Origin: Planctomycetota bacterium
Lineage (GTDB): Bacteria > Planctomycetota > PLA2 > JAEUHO01
NCBI GenBank assembly: GCA_965222115.1
Contig: CBDCTJ010000001.1
Location: forward strand, 416,001-480,000
Direction: 5' to 3'
Length of the DNA stretch: 64,000 nucleotides
Both the position numbers and the translations under genes were made by a program. Of this stretch, positions 28,626-39,016 are shown piece by piece. Positions within the stretch are counted from its first letter, which is position 1, and each line of letters begins with the position of its first letter. The notes under the pieces were generated by a model. The model saw nothing but the letters and a program-made list of their open reading frames with translations, did no database searches and had not been told where the DNA came from.

Positions 28626-30845
28626 CTAGCGCCTGCCCTCGCTGCGGACGAGATCTCGCCAGGGCTTGGGGACCACCGACGTGGGAATGGCGAGGCCCAA
28701 CACGCCACCCGACCCGAGTGTGGCGGCGGGGACACCGACCAAGCGATAGGCCTCATCGAGCAGCGCGCCCCCACTGTGGCCGAGGCCAATCCATGCGTCG
28801 GTCTTGATCCAGCGCGGTACACGTCGGCGCGCCTCGAGCCCCGCCACACTGCCTTTGGTCAAAATCAGCGGCGTGCGGACCCGTTCGGACCCCTCCGTGG
28901 GATAGCCCAGGACGTAGACCGCATCGCCAATGCTCACGGTGGAAGAATCGCCGAGCGGAATCCACGGCAGCTTCAAGCGCGGATCCACCTTGCGGCCAAA
29001 AACATCGGCAACGATTTCGATGAGCGCTAAATCTAGCGCGTCGTCTTCGAAACGCACACGCGCAACGAACGACTGCGTGGGCGGCGCGTCCATGCGCGAG
29101 GGAAACGCCACCAATATGTTGTCGCGCTGAATCGGGCCGCCTTTGTGTTCAAGCTCTAAGACATGGCGACACGTCAAGATCAAACCGTTCGGCGATACGC
29201 ACGTTCCACTGCCACCCGAATCACCGCGCACCGTGAGCTCAACCGCCGCAGCGGCCGCACGCGTCAACGGCGTTGTTGCGCGGAGCAACGGCGGCCACAC
29301 CATTTCCTTCGGGGGCGCGGGCGGATTGTTAAACGAGAGTGCAATGCGAAAGTCGATTGTGGGTTCGTGCAGATCCCGGCTGATCACACCCAGGAGGTAA
29401 CCTCGCTCCGACGTAGGCGGACGCGTAAAGACAACATCCAAGCGATCGTCAACGCGAGGCCCCAACGCGCGATGCGCAATGCTCCCATCATCGGGACGCA
29501 ACATGACAAGATCGAGAGGCCCGGTCGAACCCATCAACACCGCGTGCATGGAACGTGAGCCGGGCGGCACATTGATGCGATACCAACGCACGCCACGACG
29601 CCTTGACGACACTTGACCGCGCAGCCACGCGCCACTCTTCAAGACCTCGGGCAATGTCTCACCCCAGGTGCCGCGACCGTGCGTGGGATCAAAATGCATG
29701 CAGCGAACGGTTACAACGGCCGCCTTGTCGGCATCCACCAACTGAACGCGACAGTAATGAGGCTTGGGGGGCAATGGTTTGAGCCCGCCCACCACCAACC
29801 GCTCGTGAAACGCGCTACTAATCGCCATATAGTCGGCGTCCATATCACCGCGCTTGACGACGCGGCCTCGCCGCACAAACACGTCGACATCGGCCTCCTT
29901 GTCATTGATCACGTCAATCACAAGCCCACCGGCACCTTCGATTGCGGGGATTTCTACGGTGCGTGCCGCGGCCGCACCGGGTCCACCCAGCACAAACGAA
30001 AGCGATGAGCCCGGCATCAACGTGGGCGTACTTTCGTCCAGTGGATCGCCGCTGGCACCCCCGTCGAGTCGAACTTGAACGCGGATCGACGCGGGGAGTT
30101 CCTGCTCCGTGTCGGTAGAGAAATCCAGTAGGTAGACGCCACCTGGATGATCCCCCCCATCGAGTAACAATCGCTTGGTGCAGATACCGCTGCGCTTCGT
30201 GTTCTTCGGTCCCTTTAACTCAAACGCCAAGCCCGCACTGGGAAGCCCCGTAAACTCCAACGACAACCTTCGTTTGTGACTGGGCAAGAATGTGCGAATG
30301 GTAGGGAATCCGCCCGAGTCAAGTCGCGACACGCGCATGGATTGCCCCGCAACAATGGTCGGACTGCCATTGGCGACATCCAGGAGCGTGGCAATTTCAA
30401 AGTGACACGCACGTTTGGCCTGGTCTTCGTCGCGGGCAATCACAAGATGCCAATCACCCGGTTCCAACGACACATCACCGTCAGGCGTCAACCGAATGGC
30501 CATTGCGCACGACGGCACGGTTCGAGTGAGATGCGCCTCGCGCGCAAAGTCGGCTTCAAAGGCCGCGCCGTGCCGCACATAGAGTTTGAGCGTTGCGTCG
30601 GCACACACAACCAACGACATGGCACGCCCGTTCTTGGGAACTGTGATGCGACCGCGCCAGACCGTGTCGCCGGGAGCCAACGTCACGGCGCGATGCGTTC
30701 CATCTTCAAGTGTTTGCGATGGTTCTGCCGACGCATTGGGCAGCGGCAAAGCGAGATATAACGCATACGCCAGAAGCCAGACGCGCCACTCGAATCGGGG
30801 CCAACGACAAGGTGCACATGGGGATGGGTGGGAGCGGCCGCGCAT
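28626..30845 (-). CDS. Exported trypsin-like serine protease with N-terminal PPC-like repeats
   Basis: Catalytic triad LTCRHV / DLALI / GHSGG; PPC-like DVDVFVRRG and LKLYVRHG. Start uncertain (track ORF starts 31055). Confidence 0.85.
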   Translation of the reverse strand: MRGRSHPSPCAPCRWPRFEWRVWLLAYALYLALPLPNASAEPSQTLEDGTHRAVTLAPGDTVWRGRITVPKNGRAMSLVVCADATLKLYVRHGAAFEADFAREAHLTRTVPSCAMAIRLTPDGDVSLEPGDWHLVIARDEDQAKRACHFEIATLLDVANGSPTIVAGQSMRVSRLDSGGFPTIRTFLPSHKRRLSLEFTGLPSAGLAFELKGPKNTKRSGICTKRLLLDGGDHPGGVYLLDFSTDTEQELPASIRVQVRLDGGASGDPLDESTPTLMPGSSLSFVLGGPGAAAARTVEIPAIEGAGGLVIDVINDKEADVDVFVRRGRVVKRGDMDADYMAISSAFHERLVVGGLKPLPPKPHYCRVQLVDADKAAVVTVRCMHFDPTHGRGTWGETLPEVLKSGAWLRGQVSSRRRGVRWYRINVPPGSRSMHAVLMGSTGPLDLVMLRPDDGSIAHRALGPRVDDRLDVVFTRPPTSERGYLLGVISRDLHEPTIDFRIALSFNNPPAPPKEMVWPPLLRATTPLTRAAAAAVELTVRGDSGGSGTCVSPNGLILTCRHVLELEHKGGPIQRDNILVAFPSRMDAPPTQSFVARVRFEDDALDLALIEIVADVFGRKVDPRLKLPWIPLGDSSTVSIGDAVYVLGYPTEGSERVRTPLILTKGSVAGLEARRRVPRWIKTDAWIGLGHSGGALLDEAYRLVGVPAATLGSGGVLGLAIPTSVVPKPWRDLVRSEGRR

Positions 30846-30986
30846 GACGCCCTTTCGTATCCGGAGAGTCGGGCGCAGGCCAAAAAGAGGGCCGCGACCC
30901 CGGGTAGATGTCACGATAGCCGCTCGGCGTATTCGCCGCGACAGGCGATTTTTAGAACATCCGTATTCGGAGTCGAGGAGCATCCC

Positions 30987-31796
30987 ATGGATAAGTTTCT
31001 GCCCATGTTGTTGAGTGCCGTACTTGGCGGCGCCGTCGGTGGTGGACTGGTCCACGTCTTGGGTCCCGGAGCCGACGCCGATACGCGTGCAACCGCCGCC
31101 ATTGGCGATCTGGCGCTAACGGACGCCCAGATCGAAACGCTCTACGGGCAGATGGAGGCCCATCGTCGCAAGGTTGCGGAGGGGGACAACGCAACGCTTT
31201 CCGCGCCCAAAGGCAACGAGATGTTGACCGCTCCCCCCGCTCTGACCGACGCGCAAATGGACGCTTTGATCGCGCGCCACCAAGCCAAGCTGGAGGCAAG
31301 CACCAAGAAGATGATCGAGGACCAAGTGAAAGAGGCCGTGGCTTCGGCAAGCGACGGCGAGCGTCCACGTCGATCGCGGCGACCGCGTCGCCAACGGAAG
31401 TCGCTTGCCGACGCCGCTGCAGAGCTTCAGCTTTCATCAGCCGAAGAGCAGGCGCTTCGTGACCACTACGAGAACATCACCAACAAGGCGCTCGGCATGC
31501 TTGTCGTCGAAGGCGAAACCATTGAAGATGTTCGGCGCGAGCTGGAGGCGGCGAAAGACGACCCTACCAAGCGCATGAATCTGATTCCCAAGTACATGGG
31601 TCGCGTGATCCCAGCCAAGATTGGCGAATTCATCGCCCTAGAAGGTGAGCGTAGAAAGGGTGTCGTCGATGCCGTGGGCAAGGAAAAGGCACGCGAGATC
31701 GAGAGCAAATACACCATCGAGGAATCCGATCCATTCAACATGCGTGGCGGGGGATTCAGCATGCGAGCCGATTTTGAAGAGCCGACGGGGCGTTAG
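30987..31796 (+). CDS. Membrane-anchored helical hypothetical protein
   Basis: GAGGAG RBS, MDKFLPMLLSAVLGGAVGGGLV, host-like codon bias. Confidence 0.8.
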   Translation: MDKFLPMLLSAVLGGAVGGGLVHVLGPGADADTRATAAIGDLALTDAQIETLYGQMEAHRRKVAEGDNATLSAPKGNEMLTAPPALTDAQMDALIARHQAKLEASTKKMIEDQVKEAVASASDGERPRRSRRPRRQRKSLADAAAELQLSSAEEQALRDHYENITNKALGMLVVEGETIEDVRRELEAAKDDPTKRMNLIPKYMGRVIPAKIGEFIALEGERRKGVVDAVGKEKAREIESKYTIEESDPFNMRGGGFSMRADFEEPTGR

Positions 31797-31805
31797 CGGT
31801 CGCCT

Positions 31806-32270
31806 ATGAGCATGCCTAACGACGACTCGCAGTCAGGCGCGCCTACCGTCCACGCCCTGTTGGTATGTCGCAACGTATCGTCGAATGATGCCGGTGAACT
31901 GTCACTCGCCGACATCGTAGAAGTTGTCGTCGCAAAGGAACTGCCGGGTGAGATCGGGCCACTTGTGTTTGTTGCACTCGTTCGCGGACTTCCGCCGGGT
32001 CCCGGCGAAGCTGCGTTTCTGATTCGCGCGGAGAGCGCTGCTGGCGACGACAACGCCGCGGCCATTCGCATGCCGCTCAAGATCAACATTCCCGCGGGCT
32101 ACGGCGAACGACAAGTCGCGTTGCAACTCAAGGTGGCCAAAATCCCCGTTCACCAAGGTGGTTGGTTTGTACTCGGCTTTCATTGGCAGGGTGAGCCACT
32201 GGCCTGGAATCGATTTGCGGTGGGGCAACTCGCGCCATCACCTGAGTCGGGCGACAAAGAGGCGAAGTAG
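31806..32270 (+). CDS. Hypothetical beta-sandwich protein (DUF6941-like)
   Basis: ALLVC..V....GELSL.DI N-terminal pattern and G.F...F.W.GEPL...F.V C-terminal pattern. Confidence 0.6.
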   Translation: MSMPNDDSQSGAPTVHALLVCRNVSSNDAGELSLADIVEVVVAKELPGEIGPLVFVALVRGLPPGPGEAAFLIRAESAAGDDNAAAIRMPLKINIPAGYGERQVALQLKVAKIPVHQGGWFVLGFHWQGEPLAWNRFAVGQLAPSPESGDKEAK

Positions 32271-32404
32271 CCAGCGCGGCTCACGGTTAACTCGAACATC
32301 AATTCGTCCATTCAAGAACATGAACATATAGCTAACATTTACTTGGCCCCCGATGTGCGTAGAGGATGGTGGTCCCTTCCGGGGGCGCCCTTTTGGAGAC
32401 TCGG

Positions 32405-34360
32405 ATGTCCTATTCCCGTCGCGCATCTATTGCAGTAGTTGCCGTTTGTTCATTGCTCGCTTGGTCCTCATCGTCGCCCGCTATGGCCAAGAGTTCAAAG
32501 CGCCGTTCCCGCAAGGCAGCGAAGAAGGTGGAGGACGCCCTCAAGCAGGTGCGTCGCTCCCGTTCTAGGTCTGCGCGATCGCCACAACGTGTGAATATTC
32601 CGCGAGTTAGGAACAATCGCCCCGAGCCTCGCGTGCGTCGATCCGCGCCGTCCGTTACTCGTCCCATTTCTCAACCACGCGTGAATCGACCGGTCCGGCA
32701 GCGCCCCGCCTTACGCACAATTCCCAACGCGCTGGACCGCATCCGGCATGGTCGCACGTCGCCCACTCGCCGCGCGGCACCGGGACGCACCACGATTCTG
32801 CCGCCTGCCCGCACGCGGATTCCCTCCCCCACGCGTGTCCATTCTAGGACAGGTCGTTCATCTCTAGGAGACACCCGCCGTCGCGCCGTTATCCCGTCCA
32901 ATGTGCGTCGTGCCCTTGCACCCTCGGCGGGCCGAGTTGCTCGTCGTGTCAATCAGCCGGCACCCGCTCAGCCGACAGCCATTGTGCGCCGCAGCAGCTC
33001 ACCCGGGCGTCGCGTCGTTCGCGCTCGCGGCACCGGTAGCCGTGTCGTGGGTCGCAGTTCAGCAAACATTCACGTGGGCCTCGGCGCCCATGCGCCGCGT
33101 AGCACCGGGTACTTCGGCGCACGCCGCGTAATCCGCTCCGGCGGTTCACGCGCCATCGGTCGTCGCGTCATTCATTCAAGCACCCATGGTGCTCGACGCA
33201 TTCGTCGTCGCGGCCGTGTCTATTCCTTCGGCCATGGCCGACGCCACCGTCATCGCAATCACAGCGGTTTCTACTTCAGTATTGGCGCCGTGTTGAATCC
33301 GTTTGGTTACTACCGCGTACCGTCGAGCTTTGGATTCACAACGGCCTATACCAACTACGGCGGTGCCTATGCGCCGGTGCCCATGTTTGGTTACGGCGTG
33401 CAGTACTACCCAGAAGAGGTGTTTGCAGGCGCCCCAGTGCCCGGATACATCGGAACCTACGATCCCTACGGGCCGGCCATACCGTACAGCGGTGAAATGC
33501 CAATCGGTCCCGAGCCGTACGTTGAGTATGGCGACCCGGAATATGGCGACCCGTTGCAGGACGGCAGTACCGTTCCGCCCTATGTGGATTACGGTCCGCG
33601 TAACGCTCCAAACAACGCTCCAGGTAGTGCTCCATCGGTGCCGGACTCGCATGCGTTCCCAGCACCCGACACGACAATACCAAATACGCAAACGCCAAAC
33701 ACCTACGTGCCGCAAGCACCGCTGCATCCCACACCGGAATACGGCGACGAAACGCCAACGGATAGCAACGCATGGCCTGCACCCGACACCGCTCCCGAGA
33801 GTTCAGCACAGCAGCCCGTTGCTCCAGAAGCAAACGAGCAGGCTGGCAATGAACAAGCTGGCGCGCCTCACCCCGACTTCAAGCGCGGTGTGGAAGCGTG
33901 GCAGGCTCGCGACTATGCCCGTGCCCGCGATCACTTCAGTCGCGTAACGGGTTCGGAACCGGGCAATGGTGAAGCGTGGTTGGCATTAATGCACACCTAC
34001 TTCGCCGAAGGTCAGTTCGGTAGTGCCGCAGCGTGCCTACGCCAGGCGGCTGCGCTCGACGCCTTCCCTCGCGGCTATCGCTTTGATGCGGCTCGCCTGT
34101 ATGAGAGCCCTGAGGCGTTCGCCAAACTGCGCGAAGACCTCCACAATCACGTCGCCAAGGACCGGGCCGATATCGATGCTCGCCTACTGAAGAGCTACTT
34201 CCATGTGGCGCTTGGCGAGTCCACGAAAGCTCGCAAGGGCATTGCCAAGATTCAAGCCACGCACCCCGAAGACAAGGCCGCACGCGCGCTTCAAACGGCG
34301 TTGCTACCGGCCCCGCCGCCGCCCGCCTTAGATGAGGGTGCGCCCTCGCAGGGCAAGTAA
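32405..34360 (+). CDS. Exported low-complexity (Arg-rich, Tyr/Gly/Pro-rich) protein with C-terminal TPRs
   Basis: GGAG RBS before ATG 32405, signal peptide ..SPAMA, TPRs from FKRGVEAWQARDY. Confidence 0.75.
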   Translation: MSYSRRASIAVVAVCSLLAWSSSSPAMAKSSKRRSRKAAKKVEDALKQVRRSRSRSARSPQRVNIPRVRNNRPEPRVRRSAPSVTRPISQPRVNRPVRQRPALRTIPNALDRIRHGRTSPTRRAAPGRTTILPPARTRIPSPTRVHSRTGRSSLGDTRRRAVIPSNVRRALAPSAGRVARRVNQPAPAQPTAIVRRSSSPGRRVVRARGTGSRVVGRSSANIHVGLGAHAPRSTGYFGARRVIRSGGSRAIGRRVIHSSTHGARRIRRRGRVYSFGHGRRHRHRNHSGFYFSIGAVLNPFGYYRVPSSFGFTTAYTNYGGAYAPVPMFGYGVQYYPEEVFAGAPVPGYIGTYDPYGPAIPYSGEMPIGPEPYVEYGDPEYGDPLQDGSTVPPYVDYGPRNAPNNAPGSAPSVPDSHAFPAPDTTIPNTQTPNTYVPQAPLHPTPEYGDETPTDSNAWPAPDTAPESSAQQPVAPEANEQAGNEQAGAPHPDFKRGVEAWQARDYARARDHFSRVTGSEPGNGEAWLALMHTYFAEGQFGSAAACLRQAAALDAFPRGYRFDAARLYESPEAFAKLREDLHNHVAKDRADIDARLLKSYFHVALGESTKARKGIAKIQATHPEDKAARALQTALLPAPPPPALDEGAPSQGK

Positions 34361-34520
34361 GCGGTCGATTACGCCAGCGGAATCGCCACGAACCGTGCAA
34401 ACTCGCGGTGATGTCGAGTAGGGTGGCCGTTCGCGCGTGATGTCTCGGGACGTCGCGCGCGCTATTCGAAGGAGCCTGCACGTCGATGATTTGGCGTGCC
34501 GGGCCAGAGAGGATGTCTCG

Positions 34521-35006
34521 ATGAAGAACCGTTCCTTTGCACCCCTTGTGTGCATGTTGGGTGTCGCTGCCCTACTCGCTGCGTTTGCCGTGACGGGCAC
34601 CATGAAACCCGCCATGGGTGAAGGCGACGCCCCCGCCGTCAAGCCCGTTGCCTCCATCAAGTCCATCATGCACGCCAACAATGCCTACGAAGAAGAGGGC
34701 ACCGACAGCCTCTTCAAGATGGTGGACGCGTTTGTTGCGAGCAAGCCCGGCAAGGATCAAAAGAACGCCTGGACGCTTGCCCGTCACCGCGCATTGATGA
34801 TCGCCGAAGGGGGCAATCTCTTGTTGGCGCAAACGCCCATCCGCGGCGAAGCCAAATCGTGGAAAGAACACTCGGCTGCATTTCGCGATGAAGCCAAGAA
34901 GCTTTCCAAGGCGATTGCGATGCGCAACGTGGATAAGGCGGCCGCCGCCATTGCAACCGTCAAGAAGCGCTGCACAGCGTGTCACGACGCGCACCGTCCC
35001 CAGTAA
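34521..35006 (+). CDS. Cytochrome c'-like (class II four-helix) monoheme cytochrome
   Basis: Signal peptide, helical body, C-terminal CTACH. Confidence 0.85.
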   Translation: MKNRSFAPLVCMLGVAALLAAFAVTGTMKPAMGEGDAPAVKPVASIKSIMHANNAYEEEGTDSLFKMVDAFVASKPGKDQKNAWTLARHRALMIAEGGNLLLAQTPIRGEAKSWKEHSAAFRDEAKKLSKAIAMRNVDKAAAAIATVKKRCTACHDAHRPQ

Positions 35007-35063
35007 AGCAGTAAACGAACGAAACGCCACAAAACCATCTCGTTCTCATCGGACGAGTCACAC

Positions 35064-36377
35064 CTACTTTGCTGCGCGCGCTTCGAGCCAGGCTCGGAGC
35101 GCGCGTATTTCGTTGGCGTCCCCCACCAAGGGCGGCATGGTCGACCAAATGGTGGGCACGCCCGGTTTCTGTTTCGCAAGCGAATCGACGAAGATGCCAA
35201 TGCGATTCGCGTTCCATCCGTCTAGCAACCCACGCAACCCTCGGTAGCCGTCTCGTGTGTGGCATACGGCACATTGATGGCGGTACATCGCTTCACCCAC
35301 CGCGAATCGATCACCCGTTTCCAACACGGGCGCATCCACGGTGTGACTGAGGAAGCCGTCGCGGCGAAAACGCTCAATGTCATCCACATAGATCCCATTG
35401 GCGTACACCACGTCTCGTATCACAAACGGTTTGCGTAGCATCTCGCGAATCGCCTCGGCACTGCCAAAGCCCACAAAGCCCAGTACAACCAACACCACCG
35501 CACACCCTCGCGGCAAGCGTGTTGGCCGTCGAAGCGCTAGCACGATACCGGCAAACAACATGATCAACAGGGCGCTGCCCCCCAACCACCACAACGTACG
35601 CAGCCAAGGCACGCCCCCTTTGGTGCCGGCCATCGACCGAGAAAGCACGTCGCGCGCGCCCGCAGGCAGTGCTGCATGCGTAAACAACAGGCCCACGAGC
35701 GATACAATCAACCCCACGGCGATCCACCGGCCCGATCGTGACCACAGCAGTGTTCGATCGTCATCGTCGGATACGGCTCTAGCCGTCACAAGTGCAAAGC
35801 AGCCGGCGACAAACGTGCACGCGCCCAACCGCATGATCGTGGTCGGAACGTACGTGGGGTTGAACAATCCATCCCACACGCTCTTGGTGTCCACCCATCG
35901 TCCAGGCGACAGCATGAACGACAGAATGCCATTGATAATGAGCAACGTCACGATGCTGGCGCCGGCGTACAACCATCCCACACGCATATGATCACGCGGA
36001 GTCAATCGATCCCACGTCTTGTAATACACAATGGCGGTGGCCAACTCGATGAGGAAGAAGCACCACTCGGCTGCCCAAGCCCACACAAAGACTCGAATCA
36101 GCTCAAAGATGCCGTCGGGCGAAGCGAGCCCCACGACGAACCAAATCGCCACACCCGAGAGCGCGCCGAAAACGAGGGTAAGCAGAACAAAGAAACGCGC
36201 GTGACGTCGTGCATGGTCAAGAATGCCGGGACGGTTCAACCTGTGGCCGAGGCGCTCGGTGGTTACGAGATACAACCCACCCCCCACGGCGAAGTGCGCC
36301 ACGAACACGTGGGTGATCGCAATGATGGCGATAAGTCCCGGAACACCGAACCCCTCCGCGGTAAAGCGCGGAAACAT
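35064..36377 (-). CDS. Cytochrome bd superfamily CydA-like subunit fused to a C-terminal cytochrome c
   Basis: THVFVAHFAVGGG, GALSGVAIW, WAAEWCFFLIE, INGILSFMLSPG, EAIREMLRKPF, CAVCH..MPP. ATG overlaps the upstream TGA. Confidence 0.85.
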   Translation of the reverse strand: MFPRFTAEGFGVPGLIAIIAITHVFVAHFAVGGGLYLVTTERLGHRLNRPGILDHARRHARFFVLLTLVFGALSGVAIWFVVGLASPDGIFELIRVFVWAWAAEWCFFLIELATAIVYYKTWDRLTPRDHMRVGWLYAGASIVTLLIINGILSFMLSPGRWVDTKSVWDGLFNPTYVPTTIMRLGACTFVAGCFALVTARAVSDDDDRTLLWSRSGRWIAVGLIVSLVGLLFTHAALPAGARDVLSRSMAGTKGGVPWLRTLWWLGGSALLIMLFAGIVLALRRPTRLPRGCAVVLVVLGFVGFGSAEAIREMLRKPFVIRDVVYANGIYVDDIERFRRDGFLSHTVDAPVLETGDRFAVGEAMYRHQCAVCHTRDGYRGLRGLLDGWNANRIGIFVDSLAKQKPGVPTIWSTMPPLVGDANEIRALRAWLEARAAK

Positions 36378-37423
36378 CAAGACACCTCGCGTTTTGCGTG
36401 GGCGCGTCGCCACATCGAAGCGAGCCAAAGCAACGCGAAAGTCGCAACCAAGAAGCAGGCGAGAAAGAACAACAGGGCACCGTCGTGCGGGCCGGTAGCA
36501 CTCGACGACACGCCCTGCGTCTGCAACTGGAGGTCGCGTGTACGAAATCGAAGGTGTGTCCCTGCGGCAATGGCGAGAAACGCAGTGAGGGCAGTGAGCC
36601 ACGCCAACGATCGACGCCAGTGCCTCACCGCAAGCCATCCCAGCATGGGTACCGCAAGGGCTAGGCCGGCGGACACGTAGAGCATCGGGCCGGCACTTGC
36701 AAAGTCGCCTTCACGCGAGATGCGCTTTCCAATGCCCAGCAGTCCCGTCACGACTGTCAACACCGCAAGTGTTACGAGACCAAACTGTGCCATGGCGTGG
36801 TCTGCACGCTTCGATCGTATGCTCCCAGAAACTCCAACAACAATGAACCACACGGAACCAAACGCGATCGCTCCGACGATCTCGTGCGCCCAACGCAGAG
36901 GGGCTCCGGTTCGCGAAAGCGCCAAGATCCACCCCGGACGATGGCCCTCAGCGGTGATTGTGGCAATGACATCCGGGCGTTCGGAAAGCGTGACATTGGC
37001 CGCCAGAACAAATGAAAACAGCAGCAGTCCGCATAGAGGAATCGCACGCAGTACGGGCCCGGGTGTCTTTCCGCCATGAACGACGCCCTCGCAGGCGTAG
37101 GCCGCGTAGTAGCCAATCATTAACGCAAATACGGCCAGCAACCACGGCCAACCTGCCAGAACACTCGAAGCGTAAAACCGCTCGCCATGCATCAGTTGCA
37201 AGAAGAGCAGCGGCGCCACGCCGAGCGTGATGGTGAACGACATGGCCACGGGCAAGGACGTCGCACTCCTCGACAACATTGCGTCTGCGAATCGACCACG
37301 CGCCATGGCCAATGCAAAGGCCAGCGCGACCATGACATTCATGGCCGCCGTGTGCAGCGTGAACGTAACCGCGTGAAGGACCTCCACGATCCAAAGCGGC
37401 GCAGGAATGGGCGACATGGCCAT
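36377..37423 (-). CDS. CydA'-like partner membrane subunit
   Basis: TFTLH..AMN, TITLGVAPLLFLQ..G..FY.SS, RWAH; multi-TM; translationally coupled to the CydA-like gene. Confidence 0.75.
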   Translation of the reverse strand: MAMSPIPAPLWIVEVLHAVTFTLHTAAMNVMVALAFALAMARGRFADAMLSRSATSLPVAMSFTITLGVAPLLFLQLMHGERFYASSVLAGWPWLLAVFALMIGYYAAYACEGVVHGGKTPGPVLRAIPLCGLLLFSFVLAANVTLSERPDVIATITAEGHRPGWILALSRTGAPLRWAHEIVGAIAFGSVWFIVVGVSGSIRSKRADHAMAQFGLVTLAVLTVVTGLLGIGKRISREGDFASAGPMLYVSAGLALAVPMLGWLAVRHWRRSLAWLTALTAFLAIAAGTHLRFRTRDLQLQTQGVSSSATGPHDGALLFFLACFLVATFALLWLASMWRRAHAKREVS

Positions 37424-37663
37424 GAACAGCTCTCTCTGCGTGCTCTCTCTGCATGGATCGAACTCGAATCGTGGCAACGTGTCATGAGCAACGACATCGT
37501 GCGACGTTTTAATCGAGACTCACGCGCCACCGCATCCAGTGACGAGCAAAAAACAGACGGAGACGGCCCACCATTGACGCACAATCGAAAGGAATCACAC
37601 GGGCACCGTCGCGCATTCGCGGTGTTCGTGCATCGTGCGCAGCATCGATCGGAAGGAAGCTAC

Positions 37664-38497
37664 GTGGTCCGTCGAAATTCCAGATCCCGCAAACGTCGCC
37701 GACGCCAGCACGCACAGAACACACCCGAGGACCCGTCCAATCAAAGACAGCAGAAACACCCGACGCAGCCCTCGACGACGATGCAGGACGCGGATGCAGC
37801 GAAGCAGAACGCATCCGGAGTTAGCAACACGCGCGTGCGTATTCGCCCCTGGCGCGAGCAGATGCAAGGCGCGCTCGATGCGTTGCGTGCCTGGGCACGG
37901 GTGAACTACAGTGAACCGGTGGACACGTTCGTGGCGTCACGCTTTGGTACGCCGCCCAACGCGGACCATCCGCATGACATTGATCGCGCAATAGATGATT
38001 TTCTGTGTTCCCTCGGTTCCGCCGGACACGAACGGGCGAGCATCGCCAAGGCCTTCGCAAACAAGGCAGAGGACCTCGAAGACACCGATCGCACGCAAGT
38101 GGCGCGCTGGGATCGTGAACGCCGGCGCGGCGTGTTCCTTATCCAACGCGCAACGCGTGACACACTCGACGTGTGGGATCCTCTTGAAGGAGCGCCCCTG
38201 TCGCTTCATTTGCTCGAACGCATTGGGCAAGCACGGGCGAGAGACCTCGCCCGAGGAACCGTTGCCGTGGCCACCTATATGCCATGGGTCGCACGACTCG
38301 TTGCCACAGATCGCGTCGAGTTCTTCGATGCGTCCGAAGCGCTTCCGTTGTTTCGACGTCAAGTCGAAGAGGAAGGCGCGCTTTGGCATGAACTGCCTGC
38401 AGTTGTACCGATGCGCGCCCAGAAGACATTGGCGAAGAAGGTGCGTAGCTCGAAAGCAAGTGCATCGCCGGGTCGCAGCAAACGCAAGCGCTCGTGA
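37664..38497 (+). CDS. Hypothetical protein
   Basis: GTG 37664 after GGAAGG; globular C-terminal part (RGVFLIQRATRDTLDVWDPLEG); basic termini. Confidence 0.6.
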   Translation: MVRRNSRSRKRRRRQHAQNTPEDPSNQRQQKHPTQPSTTMQDADAAKQNASGVSNTRVRIRPWREQMQGALDALRAWARVNYSEPVDTFVASRFGTPPNADHPHDIDRAIDDFLCSLGSAGHERASIAKAFANKAEDLEDTDRTQVARWDRERRRGVFLIQRATRDTLDVWDPLEGAPLSLHLLERIGQARARDLARGTVAVATYMPWVARLVATDRVEFFDASEALPLFRRQVEEEGALWHELPAVVPMRAQKTLAKKVRSSKASASPGRSKRKRS

Positions 38498-38548
38498 CGA
38501 ACTAAGGACGGCTCGCGCGATTCAGAACGATTCGCACGATTCTAGCGT

Positions 38549-38830
38549 CTACGGCATACGAAAGGCACCGTGCCCATCACTTGCGGGTGCGGAAGGACGC
38601 TTGCCGTCGGCATTGTCGCCATAGACAGGACGTCCCGCAGCACTCGCCTCGTCTGAGTCACTTGTGCTCTTTGATGGCGCGATGGAATCGACCGCTCCAC
38701 CGACCGTGTCCGTGAGGCTATTCCATCCCGAAGTCACCGTGTCGCCGACGTCCGAAAACGTTGAACAACCCAGCGCAAAGCTCATCGCACATACGATGAC
38801 GACCAACCCAAGAACTCGACTGCCGCGCAT
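38549..38830 (-). CDS. Small lipoprotein
   Basis: AGGAGG RBS, lipobox ALGC, Ser/Thr-rich tail. Confidence 0.75.
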   Translation of the reverse strand: MRGSRVLGLVVIVCAMSFALGCSTFSDVGDTVTSGWNSLTDTVGGAVDSIAPSKSTSDSDEASAAGRPVYGDNADGKRPSAPASDGHGAFRMP

Positions 38831-39016
38831 GGCGCCTCCTACCTACTACCCGTGTGACGCCTAAGGATACGAGATGATGCGGTCGTTGATCGCAAATGGC
38901 GGGCACAAAGATCGTCCGGGCCGTCACAACCAAACGGTCCCTTCAATTGCAAACGGCCAATGTCCTCGATGGGACACTGGCCGCACGCGGGCTCGTCGTC
39001 AGGAACGACGGAACTA

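Noticed and set aside
37429-37452. GCTCTCTCTGC direct repeat before the CydA'-like start, and an FNR-like TTGAC near 37574
   Set aside because: The repeat is short and low-complexity, and the FNR half-site spacing is wrong.
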